This document shows, in pieces, positions 1-9,572 of a DNA stretch of 64,000 nucleotides. Below the pieces are notes generated by a model. The model was not told where the DNA came from. It searched no databases and worked only from the letters and a program-made list of their open reading frames with translations. Location of the stretch: NCBI GenBank assembly GCA_965248575.1, contig CBDFJQ010000002.1, forward strand, positions 2,912,001-2,976,000, in the 5' to 3' direction. This DNA comes from Planctomycetota bacterium (GTDB lineage: Bacteria > Planctomycetota > B15-G4). The position numbers and the translations under genes were made by a program. Numbering within the stretch: the first letter of the stretch is position 1; each line of letters begins with the position of its first letter.

Positions 1-1
1 C

Positions 2-151
2 GCGCAGGACTCCTGGAAACCAGGCCAGCCGCTCCCGCAACTCGCGAACGGCGCCCGCTTCCTCGCCGTCTACGGCACAGCTTCCGTCCGCCAACGTTTC
101 GCCATCCAACTCAACCCAAGACAACGAGCCCAACTCATCGTCGCCGCCTAA
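2..151 (+). CDS. 3' end of an unknown CDS entering from the left edge
   Basis: Frame 2 is open from the window edge (AQDSWKPGQPLPQLANGARFLAVYG...LIVAA) to TAA at 149-151. No recognisable motif. Confidence 0.4.
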   Translation, partial: AQDSWKPGQPLPQLANGARFLAVYGTASVRQRFAIQLNPRQRAQLIVAA

Positions 152-212
152 TGGGCTAGTGCTTCAACGGCAAGCCAAGTTGCGGCCCCTCTGCTTGAGT
201 CAACTGTTAGAC
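146..212 (+). other. Possible degenerate integron attC-like site
   Basis: GCCTAAT (contains the upstream stop codon) ... GTTAGAC, 67 bp end to end, with partial internal complementarity (AGT-G..TCAA / TTGA..C-AACT). Confidence 0.3.
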
Positions 213-735
213 CGAAGGGATGCGGATTCACTTTGCCACCCACACTGCGGCTAACCCCACTAGGGCTAGAAGTACGATGAACCAGGTCGGTCGGCTCGTG
301 AACTGCCACTCGATCATGAGCGACCCCCTTTCAAGCGAATCGCGCTTCTGTTGGTCTACGCCAACGCCTGGGATCGGGGCCAGTGGTCGATCATCACAGT
401 GACCGGCGTGCGCCTCGCGCGAGTCCTGGTTCTGCCTTATCACCTTGGCCTCCAGATGCTGAGGGTTCTTCCATCTAAAATGGACCGGGAACTTGCCGGC
501 GCCGCGCCCTCTAGTCACCGAGTGCACAGCGGTCACGCAGTTGTCCTCCTTTTCTCGAATTTATTTCCGGCTGATCGGGATCCAGACGCACCCAGTGGGG
601 TGTGCGCGCACTAGCGCTCCCAAGACAGGCCCCTGCAGTTCGCCGCCTAGGGCCCTGTACCCCACGCCCAGCTCGTCACGAGAGGGACCTGTGCCCCACG
701 CCACCCTCGTCGCACCCCGATCCACCGAGGAGGGG

Positions 736-828
736 GCCTCTGTTTTTTGGCACTTCAGGTCTGAGGCGAGTTTTCGAGGCGAAGCCTCGTTGTCTGAGCA
801 GCAGACCTGACGTGCAAAAAACAGAGGC
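736..828. repeat. Long imperfect inverted repeat with internal hairpin
   Basis: 736-763 GCCTCTGTTTTTTGGCACTTCAGGTCTG pairs with 802-828 CAGACCTGACGTGCAAAAAACAGAGGC (one bulge, one mismatch). Inner hairpin CGAGGC-GAA-GCCTCG at 775-789. Confidence 0.8.
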
Positions 829-846
829 GCCCGGCCCGACGCCGAA

Positions 847-2031
847 TCAGTCCACGACGAAGCTGGCAGCGATACCCATGCCGCCGCTCACGCAGAGTGT
901 CGCCAACCCGCGCTTGGCCTTGGTGCGCTTCATCTCGTGCAAAAGCGTGACCACGATCCGCGCCCCCGTAGCCCCAATGGGATGCCCCAGAGCAATGGAC
1001 CCGCCGTTGACGTTCAGCTTCGACGAGTCCAACGCCAGCTCGCGATCGCACGCGATGACCTGGGCAGCGAAGGCCTCGTTCAGCTCCACGAGATCGAAGT
1101 CACCCAGCGCCAGCCCGGTGCGCTCGAGCAACGTCTTCACAGCGGGAACCGGGCCGATGCCCATGATCTTCGGGTCGACACCCGCCATGGCATGCCCTTC
1201 GAGCCGCGCGAGAACGTTCAGCCCCAGTCGCTTGGCGGCACTCTCCGAAGCCACCACCAACATGGCAGCGCCGTCGGTGATCCCCGAGCTGTTTCCCGCG
1301 TGCACCGTGCCGTCCTTGCGGAACACCGGCTTCAACTTCGCCATGCCTTCCAGCGTGGCGCCGGGCCGCGGATGTTCGTCCGTGTCGACCACCGTGTCGC
1401 CCCGACGGGACTTCACCGTGACAGGAGCGATCTCCGCCTGAAAGCGCCCCTCGGCCTGGGCCACTTCGGCCTTGCGCTGGGACTCCACGGCAAAGGTGTC
1501 CTGCTCCTCGCGTCCGATCTCGTAGTTGTCCGCCAGGGTCTCGGCGGTGGACCCCATGGGCCCGTCCACCAGCGGACAGTGGAAGCCGTCCTGGTAGTTG
1601 CCGTCCAGCAGCGGGGCGTCACCAAGGCGGTAGCCCTTGCGCATGCCGGTCAGCATGAAGGGGTTGCGACTCATGGTCTCGACGCCGCCGGCCAGCACCA
1701 CGTCGGCGTTGCCGGCCTGGATCTCCTGGGCCGCCAGGGTGAGCGTGCGCAGCCCGGACGCACAGGCCTGGTTGACCGTCATGGCCACGGCGCTCTGAGG
1801 CATGCCCCCCTTGATGGTGATCTGCCGCGCGATGTTGGGGCCCTCGCCAGCCTGCCGGGCCATGCCCACGTACACCTGGCTCACGGCGTCCTTGGGACAG
1901 CCGGCCCGCTCCAGGGCTGCGTCGGCCGCCGTGACCGCCAGCTCCACCGCGCTGACCGAGGAGAGGCCCCCGAGGAACTTGCCGATGGGCGTGCGTGCTG
2001 CGCCGCAGATGAGGATCGCTTCGGCCGTCAT
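847..2031 (-). CDS. Acetyl-CoA C-acetyltransferase (thiolase)
   Basis: ARTPIGKF N-terminus, VNQACASGL catalytic Cys, [15 protein letters not shown] and CVSGG motifs. Start taken at MTAEAIL. Confidence 0.95.
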   Translation of the reverse strand: MTAEAILICGAARTPIGKFLGGLSSVSAVELAVTAADAALERAGCPKDAVSQVYVGMARQAGEGPNIARQITIKGGMPQSAVAMTVNQACASGLRTLTLAAQEIQAGNADVVLAGGVETMSRNPFMLTGMRKGYRLGDAPLLDGNYQDGFHCPLVDGPMGSTAETLADNYEIGREEQDTFAVESQRKAEVAQAEGRFQAEIAPVTVKSRRGDTVVDTDEHPRPGATLEGMAKLKPVFRKDGTVHAGNSSGITDGAAMLVVASESAAKRLGLNVLARLEGHAMAGVDPKIMGIGPVPAVKTLLERTGLALGDFDLVELNEAFAAQVIACDRELALDSSKLNVNGGSIALGHPIGATGARIVVTLLHEMKRTKAKRGLATLCVSGGMGIAASFVVD

Positions 2032-2278
2032 GGCGTCCCGCTCCAAATGAAGGTGGTGTTGCGTGCGGTGTTGAGTGCCGGGGCCACCCCGGTCGAGCCG
2101 CGCAGCGTAACGATTCATGCAGGTGTGAGTCAGCCGGGCACGCCCGGAACGCAGACCGGCCGACCCCCGCAAGCAGGGGCCGGCCGGCTGTGAATCGGTG
2201 GAGGAGGCGTGAGCGTGTTCGCCGAGACCGCGCCGTTCAGCGCGCCCCTCTCAAGGGGCTCCTCTCAAAGGGCTGGTC

Positions 2279-3028
2279 TCAGCCCTTGCGGCCTTCGCCG
2301 TGGCCGTGGCCGTCGTCGTCGTGGCCACCCTTGCCGTCGTCATGTCCGCGGCCTTCGCCGTGCTCGGCACCGTGCTCCTTGCCGTGCTTCTCGCCGCGGC
2401 CGTGGCCCTTGCTGGCGGCGGCCAGCTTCTTGAGAGCCGCCTTCGGGTCCTTGGCCAGGTCACGCTTGCAGCCGCCACAGCAGACGCGCACGAGGGTGTT
2501 GCCCACCAGCACGTCCTTGGTGTCTTCGCCCAGGGGCTCGCCGCTCACCAGGCACTCCTTGAGGGCGTAGTGCGGGCGCTGCTGCTCGATGTAGGCGGCG
2601 TCCAAGCGCTTCATGTACTCCGCAGGCTTCGCGACGATCGGCTCCAGGCAACGCTCGCAGCACGCGCGCACGAGGCGCGAACCGACCACAGCCTGGGCAG
2701 CCTTGTCGTCGAGCTTCTTGGACGGCTGCTTGAGGCAGGTCTTGAGCGGGTAGTGCGCAGCCTGCTGTTCGATGGCGGCGCGCTGCACCCTCTTCACGAA
2801 CTCGGCGGGCTTGGCCTTCACCTTGCGTGCACAGTCCTTGCAGCAGGTGCGCAGGAGCTGACCGTCCACCACGAAGCTGATGGCGTCGGCCGGCAGCGGC
2901 TCGCCGGTGATCAGGCAAACGTCCATGGGGTAGTTGGCGAGTTGGGCTTGGGCCATGTCCTCTTCCGCCGGGGTCGACGGGAACAGGAACAGGGTGGAAG
3001 CCAGGGCAAGGCTGATGAGGTGGATCAC
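2279..3028 (-). CDS. Exported protein with three YHS/TRASH-like C...CCxxC repeats and a His-rich tail
   Basis: Signal-peptide-like start (VIHLISLALASTLFLF), three YPxxxC...RxCCxxC units, C-terminal GH/HG-rich tail. Confidence 0.8.
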   Translation of the reverse strand: MIHLISLALASTLFLFPSTPAEEDMAQAQLANYPMDVCLITGEPLPADAISFVVDGQLLRTCCKDCARKVKAKPAEFVKRVQRAAIEQQAAHYPLKTCLKQPSKKLDDKAAQAVVGSRLVRACCERCLEPIVAKPAEYMKRLDAAYIEQQRPHYALKECLVSGEPLGEDTKDVLVGNTLVRVCCGGCKRDLAKDPKAALKKLAAASKGHGRGEKHGKEHGAEHGEGRGHDDGKGGHDDDGHGHGEGRKG

Positions 3029-3204
3029 GGGTGGATCTCCTGAGAAGGACGGTGAAGTGAGCGGAAGGGGCGCGCGCCAGAAGAGCGCAGCCAAGAAAAG
3101 GCGGGGTAGGCCCATGTCTCGCATGGGTGGCTGTTATTCCCTCGAATCCCCCCACGGAGAGGGGAAACAGGCAGCGGCGATGGGCGAGATCGCCGGACAA
3201 CGCA

Positions 3205-3247
3205 GGCAGCCCCCGAAAGCGTCGTGAGACGCAAGGCGGGGGCTGCC
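3205..3247. terminator. GC-rich hairpin downstream of the small YHS-like gene
   Basis: GGCAGCCCCCG (3205-3215) pairs with CGGGGGCTGCC (3237-3247) and encloses GCGTC-GTGA-GACGC. No clear U-tract. Confidence 0.4.
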
Positions 3248-3267
3248 GTGTTCACTGTCGCGAACGA

Positions 3268-3516
3268 CTACTTGTTGAACTTGTCCAGCGCGGCCTGCTT
3301 GGCGGTGTCATCCATCTCCTCGAAGGTGCCGACACACTTGCCACAGCAGAAACCGACCGTGGAATCGTTCCACTCGGTGGATCCGCCGTCAGCTTCGACT
3401 TCGCCGCCCATGATCGGGCAGTGGGTGTTCACGACTTCGGCGGACTCGGCCTTGGAGGCGCAGCCGATGGAGGCGAGCAAAGCGAAGGCCAGCAGGATGT
3501 TGGTAAGACGGGTCAT
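3268..3516 (-). CDS. Small lipoprotein with a YHS-like metal-binding domain
   Basis: Lipobox-like SIGC, VNTHCPIMG...VGFCCGKC motif, AGGAG RBS upstream of MTRLTN. Confidence 0.8.
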   Translation of the reverse strand: MTRLTNILLAFALLASIGCASKAESAEVVNTHCPIMGGEVEADGGSTEWNDSTVGFCCGKCVGTFEEMDDTAKQAALDKFNK

Positions 3517-3800
3517 GACAAGTACTCCTAGGAATGAAATGCGCTTGGGTTCGAGCGTGGTGCAAAGGACTGAGCCCGCCTCTTCCCCAATGGAGCGCTC
3601 GCGATCCACTTGAGGGCGCCGGGCACTGCGACCACGTTGTGTTGGTGGCGTCTGGGAAGCCACACGTCAAGCGCCCGACTATAGCACTGGCTCCCCTCCA
3701 AAGAGCGCCATCCCGATGGCATTCTCGACGGGGAGAATGACTTCCGGCCCCTGCTGATAGAGTGGCCCGGCCCCACCCCAGCCCCCTCTGGAGATGCGCT

Positions 3801-4967
3801 GTGAAGTGTGCCGTCGTCACGACAACGAGCCCCGATATGGCCAGTGCCCTGGACGGACTCATGGACCGCCTGCTGGACCAATTGGGCGGCTCCCAACCCG
3901 ATCTGCTGACGGTCTATTTCACCCCGCACCACCTTCAAGACGCCGAACTCATCCAGCAGCGCCTCCTGGAGAAACTGGACCCCCAGGTCCTCTTGGGCGG
4001 CCCAGCGCTCGGAATCATCGGGGAGGCGGCCGAAATCGAAGAGGGCGCAGGCCTCGCCCTCTGGGGAGCCTCCTGGCCTGGCGCCGAACTCCACAGCTTC
4101 CACCTTTCCATGGGTGACACCGATGTGCCTGAGGTGGGTGGTTGGCCTGACGCGCTGCCCGAGGGCGCAGGAATCATGGTCCTGGCCGACCCCTACACCA
4201 CCCCGCCCGATGACCTGCTCATGGGCTTTCACGAGCGCTTCCCGCTCAGCCCCGTGGTGGGCGGCATGACGAGCGGGAGCAGCGGCCCGGGCGATGCGAA
4301 GCTGCTCTCCCTACAAGGCGTGCACGACGAAGGCGCGCTCGTGGTCGCCATCAGTGGGTCCGTGAGCATGGACACCGTCGTGAGCCAAGGCTGTCGCCCG
4401 GTGGGCTCGCACTATGTGGTCACCAAGGCCGACCGCAACGCCATCGTGTCGCTCGGGGGCAAGCCTGCCCTGGACGTGCTGCAACAAGTGGCCTCAGAGG
4501 TCACGCCGGAGGACCAGGACCTCATGCGCAACTCGCTGCACGTGGGGCGCGTGGTGGACGAACGCAAGTCCAAGTTCGAGCCGGGCGATTTCCTGGTGCG
4601 CAACGTCTTGGGGGTCGACCCCCAGAGCAAGGCCCTGCTCATCGGCGACTACCTGCGCCCCGGACAGACCATCCAGTTCATGGTCCGGGACGCCGAGGCC
4701 GCCAGCCAGGAGCTGGACTCCCTCATGCAGGCATCGGCGTCCGAGGGCGACGCGCTCGGCGCGATGTTGTTCTCGTGCAACGGTCGCGGCAGCAATCTGT
4801 TCGGCAAGCCCAACCACGACCTGGGCCGGATCCACGCCGCCTTCGAGAACCTGCCGACAGCCGGCTTCTTCGCCGCCGGGGAGGTGGGACCGGTTGGCGG
4901 CCAACCCTTCCTGCACGGCCTCACCGCGAGCATCGCGCTCTTCCGAGACCATTCAACGGGAGCGTGA
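3801..4967 (+). CDS. FIST N/C-domain sensory protein
   Basis: VSQGCRPVG, FLVRNVLGVD, GQTIQFMVRD, FSCNGRG and GFFAAGEVGP motifs typical of FIST/FIST_C. Confidence 0.9.
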   Translation: MKCAVVTTTSPDMASALDGLMDRLLDQLGGSQPDLLTVYFTPHHLQDAELIQQRLLEKLDPQVLLGGPALGIIGEAAEIEEGAGLALWGASWPGAELHSFHLSMGDTDVPEVGGWPDALPEGAGIMVLADPYTTPPDDLLMGFHERFPLSPVVGGMTSGSSGPGDAKLLSLQGVHDEGALVVAISGSVSMDTVVSQGCRPVGSHYVVTKADRNAIVSLGGKPALDVLQQVASEVTPEDQDLMRNSLHVGRVVDERKSKFEPGDFLVRNVLGVDPQSKALLIGDYLRPGQTIQFMVRDAEAASQELDSLMQASASEGDALGAMLFSCNGRGSNLFGKPNHDLGRIHAAFENLPTAGFFAAGEVGPVGGQPFLHGLTASIALFRDHSTGA

Positions 4968-4985
4968 CCGTCGAGCTGCTGGCCA

Positions 4986-6584
4986 CTAGGACGCGGCCCG
5001 AGGCTTGGTCGCGAGGCTCACGCAGACCAACGTCAGGGTGGCGGCGGCAATGGCCGGCACGACCGCGTCCACCCCGGCGAGCTCCGGCTCGTTGAAGGCC
5101 GAGGCCAGCGATTCGTTCAGCCCGTTCAGCTTCCAGATGATGGCCGTCGCGGGCCCCACCGCCATGGACGTCAAGGCTCCCGCTGGCGTGACCCGTGACC
5201 AGAAGAGCGCTGCCACGAGTGCGGGGGTGATGCCTACGCCGTAGATGGTGTAGGCGAACAGGGAGACCTTGAAGAAGTCCTTGGACTGCAGGGCCATCAG
5301 GAAGGCGACGGCCGTGAGCACGAGCACCACGCCGCGCGCGGCGCGCAGGAGGGCCAACTCGCCGGCGTCCCGCTTCAAGAAGCGCTGGTACACATCCCGC
5401 ACGAGCGAGGCCGACGAGCTCAGCAGGTAGCTGTCCGCCGTGGAGATGATGACCGCCAGGATGCTCGCCACCAGCAGGGCCCCCAAAAGCGGCGGCAGGA
5501 TGCCCGGCTCGAGGGCGAGCCGCAGGATCACGTGCCCCGGTGTGTCCAACTCGGGGAACACCACGCGCCCAGCGATGGCCGTGAGCAGGATCACCCCGTC
5601 GATGATCAGGACGGCCGGGATGAACAGCAGGATGGCTCGCCGCACCGACTTCATGGAACCGGCGGAGAGGAAGCGCTGGTGCAGGTTGGCGTCGCCCATC
5701 ACCAGCAAGAAGGAGGGCAGCAACAGGGACATCAGGTGGATCCACGAGTAGTGGCCAAACACCTGCTGGCCCGAGGCGGGCAAGCTCGCCAGGACCTGCT
5801 CCGTGAGCGGCGCGGCAGAGACCACATCGCCCGCAGCCAGGGCAGCCTGATCGAGGGCACGGCCCGCCGCCACCCACGCCAGGGGCAAGGCGATGCCCAC
5901 CCCCAGCAACATCAGCGCGCCATTCAGGGTGTCCGTGACGGCCACGCTCATGAGCCCTGCGAGGGCCGTGTAGACGGCGATCAGCAGGGCCAGCAGCAAC
6001 AGCCCCGCCGTGTTGCCGCCGTGCTCCACGGGCAGCCCGACGTTCAGGAGCACCTGATCGAGCCACGCCCCGGCGCTGGCGAAGGCCTCCGCCACGCGCC
6101 CGGCCAGCAACGGCCCATCGGCTGCGGCTGCCTGGCCCTCGCGCACGAGCCCACCTAGCACCCCGTCGAGGACGGCATTCGCGGCGCGCAACTGATACGA
6201 GACGATGACCAGGTAGGCGGCCACGAGCGTCAGTGTGCCCAACACCCGGGCGGCCGGCCCATAGCGCTCTTCCAGCACGTCCTGCAGCGTCACCCGGTCG
6301 GCGCGACGCACCCGGGGCGCCATCATCAGCAGGCCGAAGATGCCCAGCACGGCTGCAATGGGCAGCAGCAAGCTGGGCAGGCCCACGCGCCAGGCTTCCT
6401 CGGCATTGCCGAAGATGGACCCGGTTCCGGTCCAGGTCGCCACCAGCGTCCCCACCAGGACCACGGGCCCCAGGCGTCGCCCGGCCAGGAGGAAGTCGGT
6501 CGACCCGTGCACCTTGCGCGACGTCCGCCAACCCACCCCGATCAGGCAGGCCACATAGAGGAAGACGACAACGAGGGCGATCAC
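4986..6584 (-). CDS. Sodium:solute symporter (SSS family)
   Basis: DFLLAGRRLG, ATWTGTGS, YTALAGLMSVAVTD, QRFLSA, AVIISTADS; many TM helices. Confidence 0.9.
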   Translation of the reverse strand: MIALVVVFLYVACLIGVGWRTSRKVHGSTDFLLAGRRLGPVVLVGTLVATWTGTGSIFGNAEEAWRVGLPSLLLPIAAVLGIFGLLMMAPRVRRADRVTLQDVLEERYGPAARVLGTLTLVAAYLVIVSYQLRAANAVLDGVLGGLVREGQAAAADGPLLAGRVAEAFASAGAWLDQVLLNVGLPVEHGGNTAGLLLLALLIAVYTALAGLMSVAVTDTLNGALMLLGVGIALPLAWVAAGRALDQAALAAGDVVSAAPLTEQVLASLPASGQQVFGHYSWIHLMSLLLPSFLLVMGDANLHQRFLSAGSMKSVRRAILLFIPAVLIIDGVILLTAIAGRVVFPELDTPGHVILRLALEPGILPPLLGALLVASILAVIISTADSYLLSSSASLVRDVYQRFLKRDAGELALLRAARGVVLVLTAVAFLMALQSKDFFKVSLFAYTIYGVGITPALVAALFWSRVTPAGALTSMAVGPATAIIWKLNGLNESLASAFNEPELAGVDAVVPAIAAATLTLVCVSLATKPRAAS

Positions 6585-6590
6585 GGGCGC

Positions 6591-6596
6591 AGTCTA
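6591..6596 (-). promoter_or_regulatory. -10 box TAGACT, 6 nt upstream of GTG (leaderless signature)
   Basis: Minus strand reads TAGACT-GCGCCC-GTG with no SD. Confidence 0.55.
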
Positions 6597-6602
6597 TCCC
6601 GC

Positions 6603-6608
6603 TACACT
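6603..6608 (+). promoter_or_regulatory. -10 box TACACT, 6 nt upstream of ATG (leaderless signature)
   Basis: TACACT-GCCGGG-ATG with no SD. Confidence 0.55.
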
Positions 6609-6614
6609 GCCGGG

Positions 6615-7013
6615 ATGTCTTCCGCTCCCCGTTTCCTCTTGGCCCTGCTGATGGGGGCCGCCGTCTTTCTCGCGGCCTCCAACAGCGACCCGCTCTCCGA
6701 GGAGACGGAGGGCCCCGTCCTCGACGCGATCCGGGTGGAGCGCATCTGGCGCCAGTTTCCCGCCGCGCCGGGTGCCGCCCCCCACCGGGTCCACCGCCGC
6801 TTGACCCTGCACGGCCGGGGCTTCCGGCGGGCCGAAGCGCAGCCCATGGTCAACTTTCGTTTCGATGATGGTCGCAACGTGCCCTCTCCATGGGTGGAAT
6901 GGGAGAACGACCGCCGCGTCGTCGCCTGGGTCCCAGAGATCTGCCGAGGAACGGCGCGCGTGGAATTGCGCAACCCCGATGGATTGCGCACAGGACTCAT
7001 CGTCGACCTCTGA
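6615..7013 (+). CDS. Small exported protein, IPT/TIG-like
   Basis: Hydrophobic N-terminus. LTLHGRGF...VVAWVP...GTARVELRNPDG resembles the IPT/TIG consensus. Confidence 0.6.
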   Translation: MSSAPRFLLALLMGAAVFLAASNSDPLSEETEGPVLDAIRVERIWRQFPAAPGAAPHRVHRRLTLHGRGFRRAEAQPMVNFRFDDGRNVPSPWVEWENDRRVVAWVPEICRGTARVELRNPDGLRTGLIVDL

Positions 7014-7030
7014 AGGCAGCCCCATCAGCC

Positions 7031-8188
7031 GTGCGCGTCGCCCTCGTACACCACTGGATGGTTCGACGCAGGGGGGGCGAGAAGTGCCTCGACGCCTTCG
7101 CGCGACTGCTGCCGGGCGCGGACCTGTTCACCTTGGTCCACGACCCCGAGGCCTGCCCCGCCCCCCCAGGCATCGGCCGGATCGTCACCAGCCCCTTGCA
7201 GCGACGCCCCGGCGCCAAGCGTTGGTTTCGCGCCTGGCTCCCGCGCTTCCCCCAGCACTATCGGGCCCTCGACCTCAGCGGCTACGGGCTGGTCCTGACG
7301 AGCGACGCCTCGGTCGCCAAGACGGTCCGGGTGCCCGAGGGCGTGCCACACATCTGCTACTGCTACAGCCCCGTGCGCTATGCCTTCGACCTGCGGGATG
7401 TCTACCTGCGGGAGTCGGTGCCAGGCCCCTTGCGCCCGCTGGCACGGCAGGTCTTGAACCGCCTGGCCGCTGCCGACCGCGAAGCTGCGCAGAAGGTCAC
7501 CGCCTTCATCGCCATCTCCGAGCACGTCGCCGACCGCATCCGGCGCTGCTACGGCCGGGAGTCCCAAGTGATCTACCCGCCCGTGGATGTGGAGTTCTTC
7601 CATCCCGCAGACGCTGCTTCCTCGAGCACTTCCGCGAGCCCGTCAGCAACCGCCCCCTATCTGCTGCTCGGTGAAGCCGTGGCCTACAAGCGCTTCGACC
7701 TCGCCGTCAGGGCATGTCGCGACCTGGACCGGGAGCTGATCGTGGCGGGCGGCGGCCCCCACTTCGAGCGCCTGCGCCGCATTGCCGGACCTCGGACTCG
7801 CTTCATCAGCAAGCCCGACGACCTGCAGGTGCGCGAGCTCTACCGAGGCTGTCGCGCCCTGCTGTTCCCTGGCGAAGAAGACTTCGGTTTAGTGCCTGTG
7901 GAAGCCATGGCATGTGGCCGACCTGTCATCGCCTATGGCGTGGGCGGCGCTGCCGAAACCGTCGTTCATGAGAAGACGGGTATCGTTTATCACGGTGACG
8001 GCGTCCTCGACCTGACGCAGGCGATCGAGACGTTTGAAGCATGGGAACACAAATTCGAGAGATCGAATGCTGTCTCGAGAGCAGGTATGTTTTCTCAAGG
8101 CGCCCACGAGCGCGCCATGAGAAGGGTGCTCGCAACCTTCACCATGTCCGAGCCCACCCACGACGCAGATGCTTTCCAAACGGACTGA
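7031..8188 (+). CDS. Glycosyltransferase family 4
   Basis: VALVHHW..RGGE, HICYCYSPVRY, VIYPPVD, YKRFDL, EEDFGLVPVEAMACGRPVIA. Confidence 0.92.
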   Translation: MRVALVHHWMVRRRGGEKCLDAFARLLPGADLFTLVHDPEACPAPPGIGRIVTSPLQRRPGAKRWFRAWLPRFPQHYRALDLSGYGLVLTSDASVAKTVRVPEGVPHICYCYSPVRYAFDLRDVYLRESVPGPLRPLARQVLNRLAAADREAAQKVTAFIAISEHVADRIRRCYGRESQVIYPPVDVEFFHPADAASSSTSASPSATAPYLLLGEAVAYKRFDLAVRACRDLDRELIVAGGGPHFERLRRIAGPRTRFISKPDDLQVRELYRGCRALLFPGEEDFGLVPVEAMACGRPVIAYGVGGAAETVVHEKTGIVYHGDGVLDLTQAIETFEAWEHKFERSNAVSRAGMFSQGAHERAMRRVLATFTMSEPTHDADAFQTD

Positions 8189-9572
8189 AACGGCACGGGT
8201 TTCTTTGTTCGTGCTCGACCAGGCACTCCTGGCCGGTGCGTTTGTAGCTGCCTATCAGTTGAAGGTCCGGTTCATCCTCCCGGACCCGGAGTTGGTGCCC
8301 GAGGTGTACATCCGCCTCTACAGCATGGCGGCACCCATCCTGGCCATCGTGCTCTCCTGCTGCGGGTTCTATCGTCTCAAGGACGATGAGTTCCCGCCCC
8401 GAGGGGTGCGCATCCGGGACATGTGCTGGGGCGGATTCCTGTCCCTCGCCGTGCTGGTGCTGGTGGGCTTCATCATCAAGCCGATTGGCCCCGGCGGCAT
8501 CGAAGCTCCGCACTACTCCCGTGCCATCGCGTTCATGTTCATGGGCATGTCCGCCATCGCCCTGGGGCTCTCGCGCAAGCTGCTGAGCGTAGCCCGCACG
8601 CGTCTGCGCGGAGACCCCGACCGCCACGCCCGGGTGGTGGTCTTCGGAATGTCCCCGCGCATCCTGAAACTGCTGGGCGTCTTCCAGCGCACGGTCCACA
8701 TGAATGTCAGCGTCGTGGGCGTGGATGCCGACCACGTTCCGGAGGACGTCGCGCCGCGGCTGCCCACCCACGAAGCCATCGCGCTGATCGAACAGGGTCG
8801 GGTGGACCATGTGCTCGTCGACGCCGGTGACGTGGAAAGCGAGCAGCTGAATCGGATCCTGGCCCTGGCTGATCGAGAAGGTATCTCGGTGCACATCACC
8901 GCCTCCATCTTCCCGTCCACGAACCTGGTCCCCACCTGGGAGCGCTTGGGAGATGTGCCGGTGCTGGGGTTCATCACCGCCGAGCTGCCCTTCGGGGCGC
9001 GCTGCGCCAAGCGCCTGTTCGACGTCGTGCTCTCGCTCGTGGGCATGGCGGCTCTCTCCCCGCTGCTGCTGCTCATCGCGGTGCTGGTCCGCCTCGAATC
9101 AGCGGGGCCGGCCTTCTTCGTCCAGAAGCGCGTCGGTGTGCGCGGCCGCACCTTCCGCATGTTCAAGTTCCGCACCATGGGCTTGGATGCCGAGATCGAT
9201 TCCGGCCCCACCATGGCCGTGGAGAACGACGCGCGCTGCACCCGCCTCGGCAGCTTCCTGAGGCGTTGGAACCTGGACGAGTTGCCCCAGTTGGCCAACG
9301 TCTTCCTGGGCCACATGAGCCTGGTGGGCCCGCGCCCCGAACGCCCCGAGTTCGTCCAGGACTTCAAGCGCACCATCCCGCGCTACGCCCACAAGCACTG
9401 GTTCAAGCCGGGCATCACGGGCTGGGCGCAGATTCACGGGCTCCGGGGGCAGGCGACGTCCCTGGAAGAACGCATCGACCACGACATGTACTACATCGAG
9501 CACTGGTCGCTGATGTTCGACGTGCGCATTCTCGTGCGCACGGTGGTCGACGGCTACGTCAACGCGGCCTGA
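8169..9572 (+). CDS. Polyprenyl-phosphate glycosylphosphotransferase (WcaJ/WbaP-like priming sugar transferase)
   Basis: N-terminal TM helices, KRLFD, FKFRTM, LDELPQL.NV..GHMSLVGPRPERP, KPGITGWAQ, DMYYIEHWS. Confidence 0.92.
   Translation: MLSKRTETARVSLFVLDQALLAGAFVAAYQLKVRFILPDPELVPEVYIRLYSMAAPILAIVLSCCGFYRLKDDEFPPRGVRIRDMCWGGFLSLAVLVLVGFIIKPIGPGGIEAPHYSRAIAFMFMGMSAIALGLSRKLLSVARTRLRGDPDRHARVVVFGMSPRILKLLGVFQRTVHMNVSVVGVDADHVPEDVAPRLPTHEAIALIEQGRVDHVLVDAGDVESEQLNRILALADREGISVHITASIFPSTNLVPTWERLGDVPVLGFITAELPFGARCAKRLFDVVLSLVGMAALSPLLLLIAVLVRLESAGPAFFVQKRVGVRGRTFRMFKFRTMGLDAEIDSGPTMAVENDARCTRLGSFLRRWNLDELPQLANVFLGHMSLVGPRPERPEFVQDFKRTIPRYAHKHWFKPGITGWAQIHGLRGQATSLEERIDHDMYYIEHWSLMFDVRILVRTVVDGYVNAA

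Noticed and set aside
228..536. Minus-strand 102-aa ORF with a hydrophobic C-terminus
   Set aside because: Atypical codon usage and no motif. At most a short TM peptide or remnant, so it is not supportable as a gene.
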